Below the pieces are notes generated by a model. The model was not told the origin of the DNA. It worked only from the letters and a program-made list of their open reading frames with translations, and searched no databases. From positions 53,568,001-53,632,000 of the forward strand of contig OX597831.1 of NCBI GenBank assembly GCA_951406725.2: DNA of 64,000 bases, given 5' to 3'. Positions 1 through 12,848 of this stretch are shown here, piece after piece. Within the stretch, counting starts at the first letter, position 1, and every line of letters begins with the position of its first letter. The position numbers were made by a program, and so were the translations under genes. The DNA comes from Octopus vulgaris (Eukaryota).

Positions 1-1520
1 CGTTCTACAGAGAAACAGGGAAGGAGAAAATAACTCTTGAAGACCCTCCTCCCATGGAATAAGTGTAAAACCTTTGGAAAAATATTTGGAGTGATGAGAA
101 GACATACAGCTATTCAATGAGATTATGGGAGATCCTAAGTAAACACCTGATTGGTTAGCAAGTGGTATTACTTACCTGCTGCTAAAGAATGATGAAACCA
201 AATTTCCCCAAAACTATTTGCTCATAACCTGTCTATCTACCACGTATAAAATTTTAACCATCCTCTAGAAGAAAACACGCATTTATGGAACAGAATGATA
301 TTTTCCCTTCTGAACAAAAAGGATGCAAAGATGAACTCCTAATCAATCGCATGATCCTTGATACCTGTCATAACAAATGCAGAAATCTCAGTTCCTCATG
401 GATTGATTATAAAAAACCTTTGACAGCATACTGCATTCATGGATCTTGAAATTGCTGGATATCTTCAAAATTTCTCCTATAATTTCAAACTTCCTGAAGT
501 ACATGTCAGTATGGAATACAAATCTCCAATTATATCACTCTAATGAAGTACTGACTACAAAAAATATTAATATCAACTGTGGCATTTTCCAAGGTGACTC
601 ACTTTCACTTCTAATTTTTTGCATAACCCTAATACCACTTACAAGTGAACTTGACAGAACAGAGTATGGGTATAAAATAGACAATAAGAAAATAAGCCAT
701 CTATTTTACATGGATGACTTAAAACTCTATGGCAAAGACAATAATGAGTTTGAAGGCCTATCATGTTCTGTGAAAGTATTCAGTGATGACATCGGGATGG
801 AATTTGGTCTTGATAAATGTGCCAAAGCCACTTTCCAGAAAGGGAAATTGAAGGCCTCACATTTAGTGGTGTTAGATGTGGACACAGTTATACAAGAACT
901 TGAGCAGAAACAAACTTACAAATATCTTGGAATAAATGAGGGCTCTGGCATTCAGCATGCAAGCATGATAGAGAAGATCAGAAAGGAATGTTATAGGGGA
1001 GTTTGATCAGTTCTGAAGTCAGAGTTAAATGCACATAACAAGGTGTTAGCCATAAATTCCTTAGCAGTTCTGGTTGTTATTTATAGTTTCAATGTGTTTA
1101 ACTGGAATATGTGTTAAATAAAGAAAATTAATTGGAAAATCTGTAAGCTGCTGACTTTCAATAAGATGTAACATCCAAAGGCAGATGCAGATCATCTTTA
1201 CCTTCCCAAAGACCAAGGAAGTCAAAGCTTGATCCAATTTGAAATATCTTATGAAACCATCACAATTGGATTGGCTAAATATCTTGAAACATCTAATGAC
1301 TGAAAGCTAAAACTAATTGAAAACCATGAGACATGAAAGAAGCTTTATTCTGTCATGAAGGAGAGCAAAAAATTTGCTAGTGAGTTCACACATAATACCC
1401 AGGTTGAACAGCATGATGGAATTGCAACAAGAAAATAAAATCAATGACAAAGAAAAATATGTTTGAACAATTGGCTGATAAATGAGAGCAAAAACCTCTG
1501 CATGGCAAATATGTGGCCCA
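1..1520 (+). mobile_element. Decayed R4/Dong-clade non-LTR retrotransposon, RT region
   Basis: ORF 446..1006 contains GIFQGDSLS, SHLFYMDDLKLY, DIGMEFGLDKCAK and YKYLGI, typical of R4/Dong RTs. Flanking frames continue the similarity with stops and frameshifts. Confidence 0.85.
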
Positions 1521-1653
1521 TCACCATGTTGCACATATATGGTTGTCATGCATGTGCCTAGAGTATACTCATCAGGTGGGTAGTCATGATGGGTACATTG
1601 AGTTTCGTACCCCAGTATCACTTTGATGGCATGTACTGCTCTCTCACTCTACT

Positions 1654-1743
<90 letters not shown>

Positions 1744-1770
1744 GTAACAACAACAACAACAACAACAACA
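1654..1770. repeat. (CAA)n microsatellite
   Basis: Near-perfect CAA run; explains the poly-V ORF 1644..1850. Confidence 0.95.
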
Positions 1771-2076
1771 ATGATAATAATGACTCCTTCTAATTTTGGT
1801 ACAATCCCAGCAATTCTGAAGGGATGGGGCAAGTTGAATACACTGACCACAACTTGTGACTGTATTTTACCAGTATGAAAAGCAAATTTGACCTAAGTGA
1901 GATTTGAACTCAGAATGTAAAGAGCTAGAAAAAATACAACAAAACCTTTTTCTTTTTTCATCCCCCTTATAATATCACCAATCCTCTTTCATACATAAAT
2001 AGAAAACCCGAAATCAACCCCAGTAATTTAATTTAACTGGTACTTTATTTTATTTTTCCTGGAAGATTGGAAGGTA

Positions 2077-2643
2077 TTGGGTTGTCTGGAAAGTTCGTAC
2101 CGATTTATAGTAGCTTACCTTTTGACTTATTTTAGAACATGATTGAATCCATAAAATAGGATTTGACTACACCTCCATTTAGAGCACAGTTTAAGCTATC
2201 TTTTTATGGAAGAAGGTTTATGTTCCTATAATCTGTGCTAATTTTGTAACCCTTTAAAATGGAAGATAAGAAAGTTCATTTTTGGCACTTGATGCTTTGG
2301 GAACCAGACAAAAATTGCTGCAGCTCAGCTGGGATGCGTTACCCCACCCTCCATATTCACCAGATATTGCTCCTTCGGATTTCCACTTATTCAGGTCTCT
2401 GCAGAATAGTCTTAATGGTAAAAATTTCAATTCCTGGATGACGTAAAAAGATACCTTGATGAATTCTTTGCCATGAAACCACCTCAATTCTGGGAAGAGG
2501 GTATTTTCAAGTTAAAGGAAAGATGGAGACGCATTGTATGCAACAAAATGGTTCATATTAGGTTGATTAAAAATGTAATTGCAAGTATTTATTGACCTTT
2601 TTCTTTCCATTAAAAATCGGCACGAACTTTCCGGACAACCCAA
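2077..2643 (+). mobile_element. Internally deleted mariner (Hsmar1/cecropia-like), non-autonomous
   Basis: TIRs TTGGGTTGTCTGGAAAGTTCGTACCGATTT / AAATCGGCACGAACTTTCCGGACAACCCAA with TA at 2075-76 and 2644-45. N-terminal MEDKKVHF is fused to C-terminal HPPYSPDIAPSDFHLF. Confidence 0.9.
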
Positions 2644-3224
2644 TAGATTTCACCTCACTGAGGTTTGAAATCAGAACATAAAGAGCCAGATCAAATATCA
2701 TGAAATGCTTTATTCAATATTCAAGTGATTCTATGAATCTGGCACCCTCGTCCCTTGTCAAATTATTAATGGTAATAAAAGGAATTCGACATGGAAATTT
2801 GGGCTAAGATGCCAGTTCAATAAACTAGTCTGATGCAAGCTGTCTATTAAGTCTGGCTTGTGTTTAGACATAGTTTAGGTAATCACCACTCCATCTTAGA
2901 AGTTGTCAGATCTAGTATTGTTTCATCTTCTGAGCACTAATAGAAACTGATGTTTACATTGTATTAATTGCACATCTGCCTGTTTGTATGCTCCTCAGTA
3001 TTCATGTGTGTGTGTGTGTTGTGCATGTGAACATATACATGTGTATGCATGTGCATGTGCATGTTTGCATGTGCATGTGCATGTTTGCATGTGCATGTGC
3101 ATGTTTGCATGTGCATGTGTACATGTGTGTGTGTAATTCTATGTTTGTGTCAATGTATGCTGATAGAGTATTTATAGTGTGTGTTTATAAACATTCAAGT
3201 ATATATAAATATATATCTGATGGT

Positions 3225-3279
<55 letters not shown>

Positions 3280-3302
3280 TATGTATATGTATTTCTATAT
3301 GT

Positions 3303-3334
<32 letters not shown>

Positions 3335-3739
3335 ATGCATGTGTGTAGGTACATCTGTATCTATGTATCACTGAATATATGCAGGTATGTGCGATTGCAT
3401 ATGCCTATGTGTGCATTCATTTATTTGTGTATATGTATATAATTAAGTATGTTCGTATTTGTCTGAATGCATGTATGACTGCACGTATGTAAATATTTAT
3501 TTGTATATGCCTTCATAGTTTGTGAGTGTTTATGATGTATGTTTGTAAGAATTTAGACATATATAAATATACCCATGTACACGTACACACATCACACACA
3601 TACACACACACAAACATGCATGCACACACGTACACACATGCATACAACCCCTTCTCTTTTTCATTGTCTCACACACATATGAATACATCTGTGCTTCTGT
3701 ATGTTAATATGTGTGTGTTTGTGTGTTCATGTGTGTGTG

Positions 3740-3803
<64 letters not shown>

Positions 3804-3956
3804 ATGTTGGTTATGTGTTTACCTATGTCTGTACGTTTGTGTATGCCACGCATACACACACACATGCATAAACCACTGCATAACTTATCTAATTTTGTAT
3901 TGTTTCCCACTTGAGATATGTCCTTTTGCTCATTTTATTTTCAATTATACATACAT

Positions 3957-3993
<37 letters not shown>

Positions 3994-5267
3994 AACTTGT
4001 ATTTACATATATATATATGGGTATATATATATGTATGTATATATATATATGTATGTATATACATATATATATGTATATACATATATGTATATATATTTAT
4101 ATCGATATACATACATATATATAAATATACATATATATGTGTATGTATATAGTTATAAATATATATACATATATGTACATATATATTATACATGCATATA
4201 TGTATATAAATATATATGTATGTATATACATGTATATATGTATGTATATACATGTATAACATATATGTACATATATGCATGTGTATATATATATATATAT
4301 ATATTATATACATCTGCATGTATTTATAGTATGAGTTTACATATGTTTGTGTTCCTGTGATTGCTTCATCATGCTGTTGTTGCTTTCCAATATGCCACAC
4401 AACTGATGCATCAATAACAGTCCACATTGATTAGCATGTGTGCTATGCATCCAGCCATGCACAGGTGCATATATATAGATATTAACATATGCATGTAATC
4501 CAGTATAGATATAGAGCCTCTTGTCTGTAGACAGTATTCTGAACGGCTATATAGTACTTTATTTTATGTTTATATATATATATTATATGTATGTATATAT
4601 GTATGTATGTATGTATGTATATATATGTGTGTGTATATATATATGTATGTATATATACGTAGATATATGTTTATTTACATATATGCATGTATATATATGT
4701 ATATATACATATCTATTTATAAATATATATATACATATATACATAAATGCATACACACATATATATAGATATACATACATTTATTTGCATATGTATATGT
4801 GTATGTATGTGTGTATATATATATGCATATATATATATATATATATACTAAATATATATACATACACACACGCGCACACATATATATATATACATACATG
4901 CATATATACCTACATGCATACACACACACATACATAAATGTGTACATATGTTTGCATGCATGAACTAGGAGGAAAGAGTGAAATGAGAAAGTAAATAAGA
5001 GAGAGATAGAGAGAAAGGGGGACAGAGAGAGAGAAAATGAATGAAAGTATGGGAGATAGTGTGAGTAGAAGTGAGAGAAAAGACAGAATGATGGGAGAAT
5101 GCCTTGCAGAGGATGGGAAGATATTGTGGGGTTTGAGAATAACAGAACAAGAAATGGAAATGGATGAGGTGGAGGATGGTGGTGAAGAAAGGTGAAAAGG
5201 AGAAAGATATGGAGAAAGTGTAAAAAGAAAAACACTACAGGATAGAGCGGGGAGATGATGTAAATTG

Positions 5268-5327
<60 letters not shown>

Positions 5328-5422
5328 TGTATATATTAATATATATATATATGTAAATACACATACACACATGTATATATATATACATAAATATACATAT
5401 GTATACATATATATAAATATAT

Positions 5423-5495
<73 letters not shown>

Positions 5496-5517
5496 TAGAT
5501 AGATAGATAGATATACT

Positions 5518-5665
5518 GGAGTAAACACATAAATGTGAAACAAGGTGGAAAAAGAGTACTCAAATACCGGTGGTAGAGTAATATGCTTTATTTAAAGCAG
5601 CAGAAAACTCAACAAAACCTGTTACTCTGAGTTTTACGTTCCTGTTCGTCGGACAGTTTTTATTA

Positions 5666-5711
<46 letters not shown>

Positions 5712-5890
5712 CATTATTATCATCATCATTATTATTATTATTATTATTATTCTTGCTCGCTATCTTCTCTTTTTTCTCTCACATTCCCCCACTCTTAGTA
5801 ACTCCCTCTCTCTCTATATATATATATAATGATAACGTGAAACTCAGAGTAATAGGTTTTGTTGAATTTTCTGCTGCTTTAAATAAAGTA
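5518..5890. mobile_element. Fold-back element (PLE terminal-repeat-like) with hammerhead motif, family A
   Basis: Arm ~5585-5640 is the reverse complement of ~5833-5888. The same arm sequence recurs at 28.1-28.5 kb and 55.1-55.35 kb. Flanked by (TA)n. Confidence 0.7.
5619..5658 (-). ncRNA. Degenerate type-I hammerhead ribozyme motif
   Basis: Minus strand reads AACTGT-CCGACGA-ACAGGAACGT-AAAA-CTCAGAGT-A-ACAGG. G12 is mutated here but present in sister arms (GTGAAACTCAGAGTA at ~5837). Confidence 0.55.
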
Positions 5891-6312
5891 TATATAGATA
5901 TATATATATATATATGCATATATACATAAATATATGCAACATGCACATATATGCATATATATATTAATATATGTGTGTACATTTATATATATACATACAT
6001 ATATATACAAAGATACATATATATATATAAAAATATATATCTGTATCTCTCTCTCTTTTCTGCTCTCTTATTTTTATTATTATTATTCCCGCTCTCTACC
6101 TTCTCTGTTTTCTCTCTTCTCTCTTTTCCTGTAAATCTCTCTTTCACCTGTCTCATCTGTTCTTTCTTTTTCTGTCACTTCTCCCCTCTCTCACTCACTT
6201 CTTCTCTCTCTCTCTCCCTCTCTCTAATATAAATATATATATATATATATAATAAATATATATACATACGTATATAGATAGATAGATATATGCTCACATA
6301 CATACAGACATG

Positions 6313-6346
<34 letters not shown>

Positions 6347-6487
6347 TCTATATATATATTTATATATGCATATGTATTTATTATTATATATATATAAAGA
6401 GAGAAAGAGTTACTGAGAGTGGGGGGAATGTGAGAGAAAAAAGAGAAGATAGCGAGCAAGAATAATAATAACAATAATAATAATAAC

Positions 6488-6548
<61 letters not shown>

Positions 6549-7049
6549 GGAAAAAAAGAGAGAGAGAGAGAGAGGCAGAGTGAGACAAAGAATGAGAGAA
6601 AGAAATGATATGTTTGTAAGAGAGAAGAATATTGTGAGAAAAATAGAGTGCATGTGTGTGGTGGGGGTGGTGTGAGAAAGACTGAAATGGAGAAAAAAGG
6701 GCAAAATTGAATGCAATAGAAAGGGCAAGTGAGGAAGAGAGAAAGAGAGAGACAGAGAAGGAATGAGTGATGAGTAAAGGAATGAGTGAGTGGGGGAGTG
6801 AGTGGAAGTGAGAGAGAGAGAAAGTAAGTGATTGAGTAAAAGAATAGCAGTGAGCATCCATTATTGGTTAAAATTTCTTCAGTTGAGTGATGTTGTTCTA
6901 AGTAATGGTTGGCAGTTAACTGACTGTGCAATGCATCTACTACATCGTCGAATACAAATTGAGTGGGAATCTGTTACAGTGAGTGGCCACCATAGCATGC
7001 TTCACTCAAGCGTAATAATGGCTATCGTTATTGGCAATCTTAGTCACTG

Positions 7050-7082
<33 letters not shown>

Positions 7083-7289
7083 TGTGCACATGTGCGTGTG
7101 CATGTGTGTGTGTGTGTGTGTCTACATGCACATCCGTGCATGTTTGCATGCGTGTATATGTGTATTAGTGTACATGCATGTGTAAGGTTTTTCATTCAAA
7201 ACAATGCTAAAATCAAAACACAACAATGAAACACGTAAATCTGATACTCTAAATAAACACACACATCACACACACACACTACAAACACA

Positions 7290-7324
<35 letters not shown>

Positions 7325-7410
7325 AACATATGCTACCAATATCTCTTGTATATACACAAACATACTAACATAAACACTCATGCCAACATATACACAAGCA
7401 CTTGCAGTTT

Positions 7411-7443
<33 letters not shown>

Positions 7444-7446
<3 letters not shown>

Positions 7447-8517
7447 TCATCATCATCATCATTGTTTAACATCCGCTTTCCACGCTGGCATGGGTTGGAC
7501 ATTTAACTGGGGACTGGCAAGCCAGGATGCTGCACCAGGCTCCAATCTGATATGGTAAGGTTTCTACAGCTGGATGCCCTTCCTAATGCCAACCACTCTG
7601 AGAGTGTAGTGGCTGATTTTTATATGCTGCTGGCATGGGGGCTAATCAGGTGGCACTGGCATCGACCACACTCGAATGGTGCTTTTTATGTGCTACAGGT
7701 ATGGGAACCAGTCAGGTGGTACTGTCATCAGTCACGCTCGAATGGTGCTTTTTATATACCACTGGCATGGGTGTCAGTCAGGCAGCACTGGCATTGGCCA
7801 TGTTTGAATGGTGCTTTTTACGTGCCAGTCAGGTGGCACTGGCATTGGCCATGACTACGATTTCACTTGACTCAACAGGTCTTCACAAGTACAAGATATT
7901 GCCCAATGATTGAAGAGTACTTTTAAACAGGTCAGTTATGCAACACAGGCATCAGCCACAGCTATGATCTCATTTGGCTTGCTGGGTCTTCTCAAGCACA
8001 GCATATCTCCAAAGGTCTTGGTCACTGGTCATTGCCTCTGTGAGGCCCAATGTTCGAAGGTTGTGCTTCACACCTCATCCCATGTCTTCCAGGGTCTACC
8101 TCTTCCACAGGTTCCCTCCACTGTTAGGGTGTGACACTTCACACAGCTGTCCTCATCCATACACAACACATGACCGTACCAGTGCAGTCATCCCTCTTGC
8201 ACACCACATCTGATGCTTCTTACGTTCAACTTTTATCTCTCAGAATGCCTACACTCTGTTGTATATGCACACTGACATTACACATCTAGCGGAGCATACT
8301 AGCTTCGTTTCTTTGAAGCCTATAGATGTCCTCAGCAGTCACAGCCCATATTTCACTGCCGTGTAGCATCGTTGTTTGCACACATGCATCATACAGTCTA
8401 CCTTTCACTCTGAGCGAGAGGCCCTTTGTTACCAGCAGAGGTAAGACCTCTCTGAACTTTGCCCAGGCTATACTTATTCTAGCAGCTACACTCTTAGAGC
8501 ATCTACCCCTGCTACTT
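7444..8517 (-). mobile_element. 5'-truncated RTE LINE (C-terminal ORF, 3'UTR, (GAT)n tail)
   Basis: ORF 8286..8531 ARISIAWAKFREVLPLLVTKGLSLRVKGRLYDACV matches the C-terminus of ORF 59541..61115. The 3'UTR has ~60-bp tandem units and a CAT tail on the + strand. Confidence 0.92.
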
Positions 8518-8531
8518 ACACACACACACAT

Positions 8532-8856
8532 AAAAAATTCAGAATGAGATAAAAATCCAAGGCTGTGAAAGATTTTAGAACATTTATAAATAGAAGTTCT
8601 TACAGCTGTTTCCAGTATATTTTATATATCCCTTTATCAGAGACGGCATGAGAAAATGGTTTCACAATAGTTATTCTAGATAAGATATGAAATAGAGAGT
8701 GAAGTGGAGGAATGAAAATAGACGTTAACCATTTTCTCACACTGTCTCTGATGAAGGATATAAAATATGCTGGAAACAGCTGTAAGACCTTCTATTTATA
8801 AATGTTCTAAAATCTTTCACAGCCTTGGATTTTCATCTCATTCTGAAAATTTTTTT
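8532..8856. mobile_element. Fold-back element (~130-bp inverted arms) with hammerhead motif, family B
   Basis: 8532-8661 is the imperfect reverse complement of 8727-8856, with a ~65-bp spacer. Confidence 0.8.
8744..8788 (+). ncRNA. Minimal type-I hammerhead ribozyme motif
   Basis: GTCT-CTGATGA-(imperfect stem II)-GAAAC-AGCT-GTA-AGAC: intact core, stem I GTCT/AGAC, palindromic ACAGCTGT in place of stem III, as in PLE minimal hammerheads. Confidence 0.65.
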
Positions 8857-9035
8857 ACATATATACACATGCTGATATGTGACCTACGTTGGACTCCTCA
8901 CTCACATTAATCACCAAACCTAGAGCTTAACTATATTTTGTCCATAGCACTTACTCAGCATTACCTGACACCTTTGGGTCTTACTGATACCATTACCTCT
9001 CATAACCTCTCTCTCTCTTTTCCCCCTCTCTCTCA

Positions 9036-9107
<72 letters not shown>

Positions 9108-9147
9108 ATATAAATCCAAATTGAAGGAGTGGAATGGGTGAAATCCA

Positions 9148-9230
9148 GGCTAAATATGTTTCCTAGCTAGCAGATCCTCTGACATAATAATTACTCAACA
9201 AGGGGTTCTCACTTAGCTACTCATCAGGCC
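9148..9230 (-). ncRNA. Degenerate minimal hammerhead motif with long stem-II insert
   Basis: Minus strand reads GGC-CTGATGA-GTAGCTA...TAGCTAG-GAAAC-ATAT-TTA-GCC, within a short TA-flanked element (~9110-9310). Confidence 0.5.
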
Positions 9231-9303
9231 AAAACTACCTTAATTATATGAAGGTTACATTGTCATTTCGGAATCTCAACTTAACTCACCAAAGATGTAA
9301 TAT

Positions 9304-9349
<46 letters not shown>

Positions 9350-9352
9350 CAG

Positions 9353-9736
9353 TGGAGGCGTAATGGCCCAGTGGTTAGGGCAGCGAACTCGCGGTCGTAG
9401 GATCGCGCTTTCGATTCCCAGACTGGGCGTTGTGAGTGTTTATTGAGCGAAAACATCTAAAGCACCACGAGTCTCCGGCAGGGATGGTGGTGATCCCTGC
9501 TGTACTCTTTCACCACAACTTTCTCTCACTCTTACTTCCTGTTTCTGTTGTACCTGTATTTCAAAGGGCCGGCCTTGTCACTCTCTGTGTCACGCTGAAT
9601 CTCCTCGAGAACTACGTTAAGGGTACACGTGTCTGTGGAGTGCTCAGCCACTTACACGTTAATTTCACGAGCAGGCTGTTCCGTTGATCGGATCAACCGG
9701 AACCCTCATCGTCGTAACCGACGGAGTGCTTCCACC
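9353..9736 (+). mobile_element. tRNA-derived SINE
   Basis: Head TGGCCCAGTGGTTAGGGCAGCG...TTCGATTCCC (A/B boxes); same head at 18915 and 52121 (minus). Confidence 0.85.
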
Positions 9737-10007
9737 ATATATATACACACTATATACATGCATACATATGACATACATACAGTAGCCACCAACTCTATAT
9801 ACACAGATTTTCACCGCTCACTACATTCTCCTCCCCCACTCTCTACTCTAATGCCCTGCCACTTATATTATGACCTCCGTACCTCAAGTAGTATGGAATC
9901 TGTATCAAACTTTTGAATAATGTATATATTGGTCTTACTATGCTATATATATATATATATATTTGTATACATGTGTGAGTGTATGTGTGTATGTTTGTAT
10001 GTGTGTG

Positions 10008-10046
<39 letters not shown>

Positions 10047-10199
10047 ACGCACACACACACACACACAAACACACACATTCATATGCATGTGTGTGTGCGT
10101 GTGTGAGAAAGAGTGTGTGTGTGTGAAAGAGAGTGTGTGAAAGAGAGTGTGTGAAAGAGAGTGTATCTGTGAGTGTGTGTGTGTGTGACAAAGGAAGAA

Positions 10200-11055
10200 A
10201 TTCAGGCATATCCTGCAATGAGTTTCAAGGATTGTGAGATAGTGTGTGAGAACTAAGATGTCATTGGAGAGAAGTGTATTCAGAATAATGCAGAAATGTT
10301 CAACACTGAAATGGGAGACAAGAAAGTGATATAGAAATTATGTGAAATGTAGGAGAATGCATAAGATATAGAGGAACTACCTAATGCTGACTTCTACAGA
10401 GGGACCAGTAATTCAAGTTGACAGCAATGTGGTACATAAAGCAATCAAAGATATGCAGAGAGGGAAAGCTGCAAGTTTATCAGGGACAGTTGTAGAGATG
10501 CTCAAAATATCTGGCGAAGTAGGATACATGATTGTCACATGAATAGTTAATCAAGTAATACAGCAAAGTATCATATGGCATAACAGTATTGCTGTAAACT
10601 ACTACAAAAGCAAAGGAGATACCTTAGAGAGAGAAAATTATTGAGGAATTAAACAATTGGATCGGGTTATGAAGGTTACGTGAGAATCATATGAGAATCA
10701 TAGCACAATTGATCCATGGCAGAGTACACTTTGATGAGATGAGATGCACTTCAGATTTGTGCTTAGAAGTGGTACTATGGTTACAATGTTCTTAGCAAGG
10801 CAACTGCAGGAGAAATACTTGGCTAAAAGTAAACTACTATTCAGGGCATTCAATGATTTGGAAGAGACATTTCATAGAGTACTATGTTCAGTAATTTTGT
10901 GGACAATAAGGAAACTAATTGTAGATGAATGACTTGTAAGGGCTTGTGAGATATATGTAAAGATGCAGTAACTGAAGTAAAAACCAATGACAATTTCAGT
11001 GATGAATTTAGCATGAGAGCAGGAGTCCCTCAAGACTCAGACCTCACTCCTTAGC
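10200..11055 (+). mobile_element. Old decayed RTE RT fragment
   Basis: ORF 10744..10932 MFLARQLQEKYLAKSKLLFRAFNDLEETFHRV is homologous to FLVRQLQEKYLAKDKPLYLAFVDMEKAFDRV of the 59.5-kb element; many stops. Confidence 0.85.
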
Positions 11056-11686
11056 CATCTCAATTATCCTTTACTCATGCTCCTCCAATCCAATTGACAT
11101 TATACACCCCCCCCCCCCGTCTATATTGCAAACTGTCACTCTCTCTCCACCAATTCACTCATTGCAAACATTCCCCATTCATCACACTTTCTTACCACTG
11201 ATCATTTCTCTAACTATCATTTCTTGCTCTCTGTCTATCTGCCTGTCTGTCTCATTCTCTGTCTCTCACTCTCTCTCTTTATCTCTCTCTCCCTCCCTCT
11301 CTCTCTCTTATCTACAAATTTGTAGTTGCTACTATCATATAGCACTCTCTCTCTCTCTCATTAGACCCTGACTTTACTGTCTGTTTTCCTTTACTTCACA
11401 AGCTTTGTTTCTCCTACATAACATTCCTATTCCAGATTATCAACACAATCATTCAGTTTCTCCCTTCGTACTTTCTCTGATTTCTCACTCCCATTCTAGT
11501 TCACTTCTATCACCATTTCTCTCTTCTACCCACACTATGGGCCCCCGTGATGTCCTGAAGAAAAGAAGTCAGCATAGAGCAATGAGAACCCCACTTCTGT
11601 TCTGAAGGGAGTTAAGAAAACATCTTCCCCAGTAAATGTCACAACAAAATGTATATATATATGTATATGTATATGTGTGTGTGTAT

Positions 11687-11751
<65 letters not shown>

Positions 11752-11861
11752 TTTAAATATTTGTTGTGCAAGATTTTTTATGAAGCAAAATAACACCAAA
11801 TATATAGTGCGTGTGTTTTTATTGGCTAAACTGGCAATATGACCATTCCGAAATATAACAA

Positions 11862-11892
<31 letters not shown>

Positions 11893-11982
11893 ATATGTAT
11901 ATATATCTATATATATGTTCCAGCATAGCCACAGTCAAATGACTGAAACAAGTAAAAGAATAAAAGAATAAAAGAAGATATA

Positions 11983-12196
11983 TATTTACAGGAAGTTAAT
12001 TATATGGCTGGTCATAAAGTGACCGATGGTTTTGCATCCATAAAGTACTTAGCCTTGTAGACAACTTGGTACACTCCAATGGCCACAGATGGCTATTGGA
12101 GTCTGACAAGTTGTCTATAAGCATAAACACGTTATGCATGCAAAACCATTGGTCATTCTATGACCAAACATATAAATAACATCCTGTAAATACATT
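11983..12196. repeat. ~210-bp imperfect palindrome (hairpin)
   Basis: TTTACAGGA/TCCTGTAAA, TGGTCATA/TATGACCA, GGTTTTGCAT/ATGCAAAACC, TAGACAACTTG/CAAGTTGTCTA and ACTCCAATGGCCA/TGGCTATTGGAGT pair around ~12088. Confidence 0.85.
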
Positions 12197-12400
12197 ACTG
12201 CTCTAATGTTTAGAGTGTGGTTCTTTGTCGGATATATGATCCACACACAATATATATATATATATATAGTCCAAAGATGATAAGGGTAAATGTTTTTATT
12301 TCTCCTTTGGTTTCAGAATTACAACTATTTAGCGGTTTCAGTTTGGCTGCTCTTTCTAGTGGGTTGAATGGCCTATCAGGGCCATTCCTTAATATTGTTG

Positions 12401-12449
<49 letters not shown>

Positions 12450-12848
12450 TATGTATATAGATGAAAAGATAGCTAGATAGATAGATAGATAAATAAATAG
12501 AGAGATATACACTTTTATTTATTTTTTTTGTGGGTTAACAAGTCTTGTTAACCACAAAGTAGAGAATATTTATCCACCAATGAAGTGTTGAGCACTCATT
12601 CTCACTGTTTAATATTAACACCTCCCTCCTTCCCTCCCTCCCTACCTCCCTTCCTACCTACCTACCTGCCTACATACCTACCTACCTACATATCTACATA
12701 CATTCACACATACATACACACACATAGATAAATACATACATACATACATACATACATATATTGTTATATTTCAGGATGGTCACTTTACTTTTTGCCAAAT
12801 AAACACATGCACTATATATTCTATTTGTTACACACTTGTAACCTGGGC

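Noticed and set aside
2988-7560. Many 60-230 aa ORFs rich in YI/CV/HT/SL (also at 15.9-18.3, 35-43, 52.6-53.4 kb)
   Set aside because: Translations of dinucleotide and trinucleotide microsatellites; no protein-like content.
12268-12400. TA-flanked segment with GAATGGCC-TATCA-GGGCCATTC hairpin and minus-strand CTGATAG...GAAAC
   Set aside because: Core mismatched and stems cannot be closed as a hammerhead.
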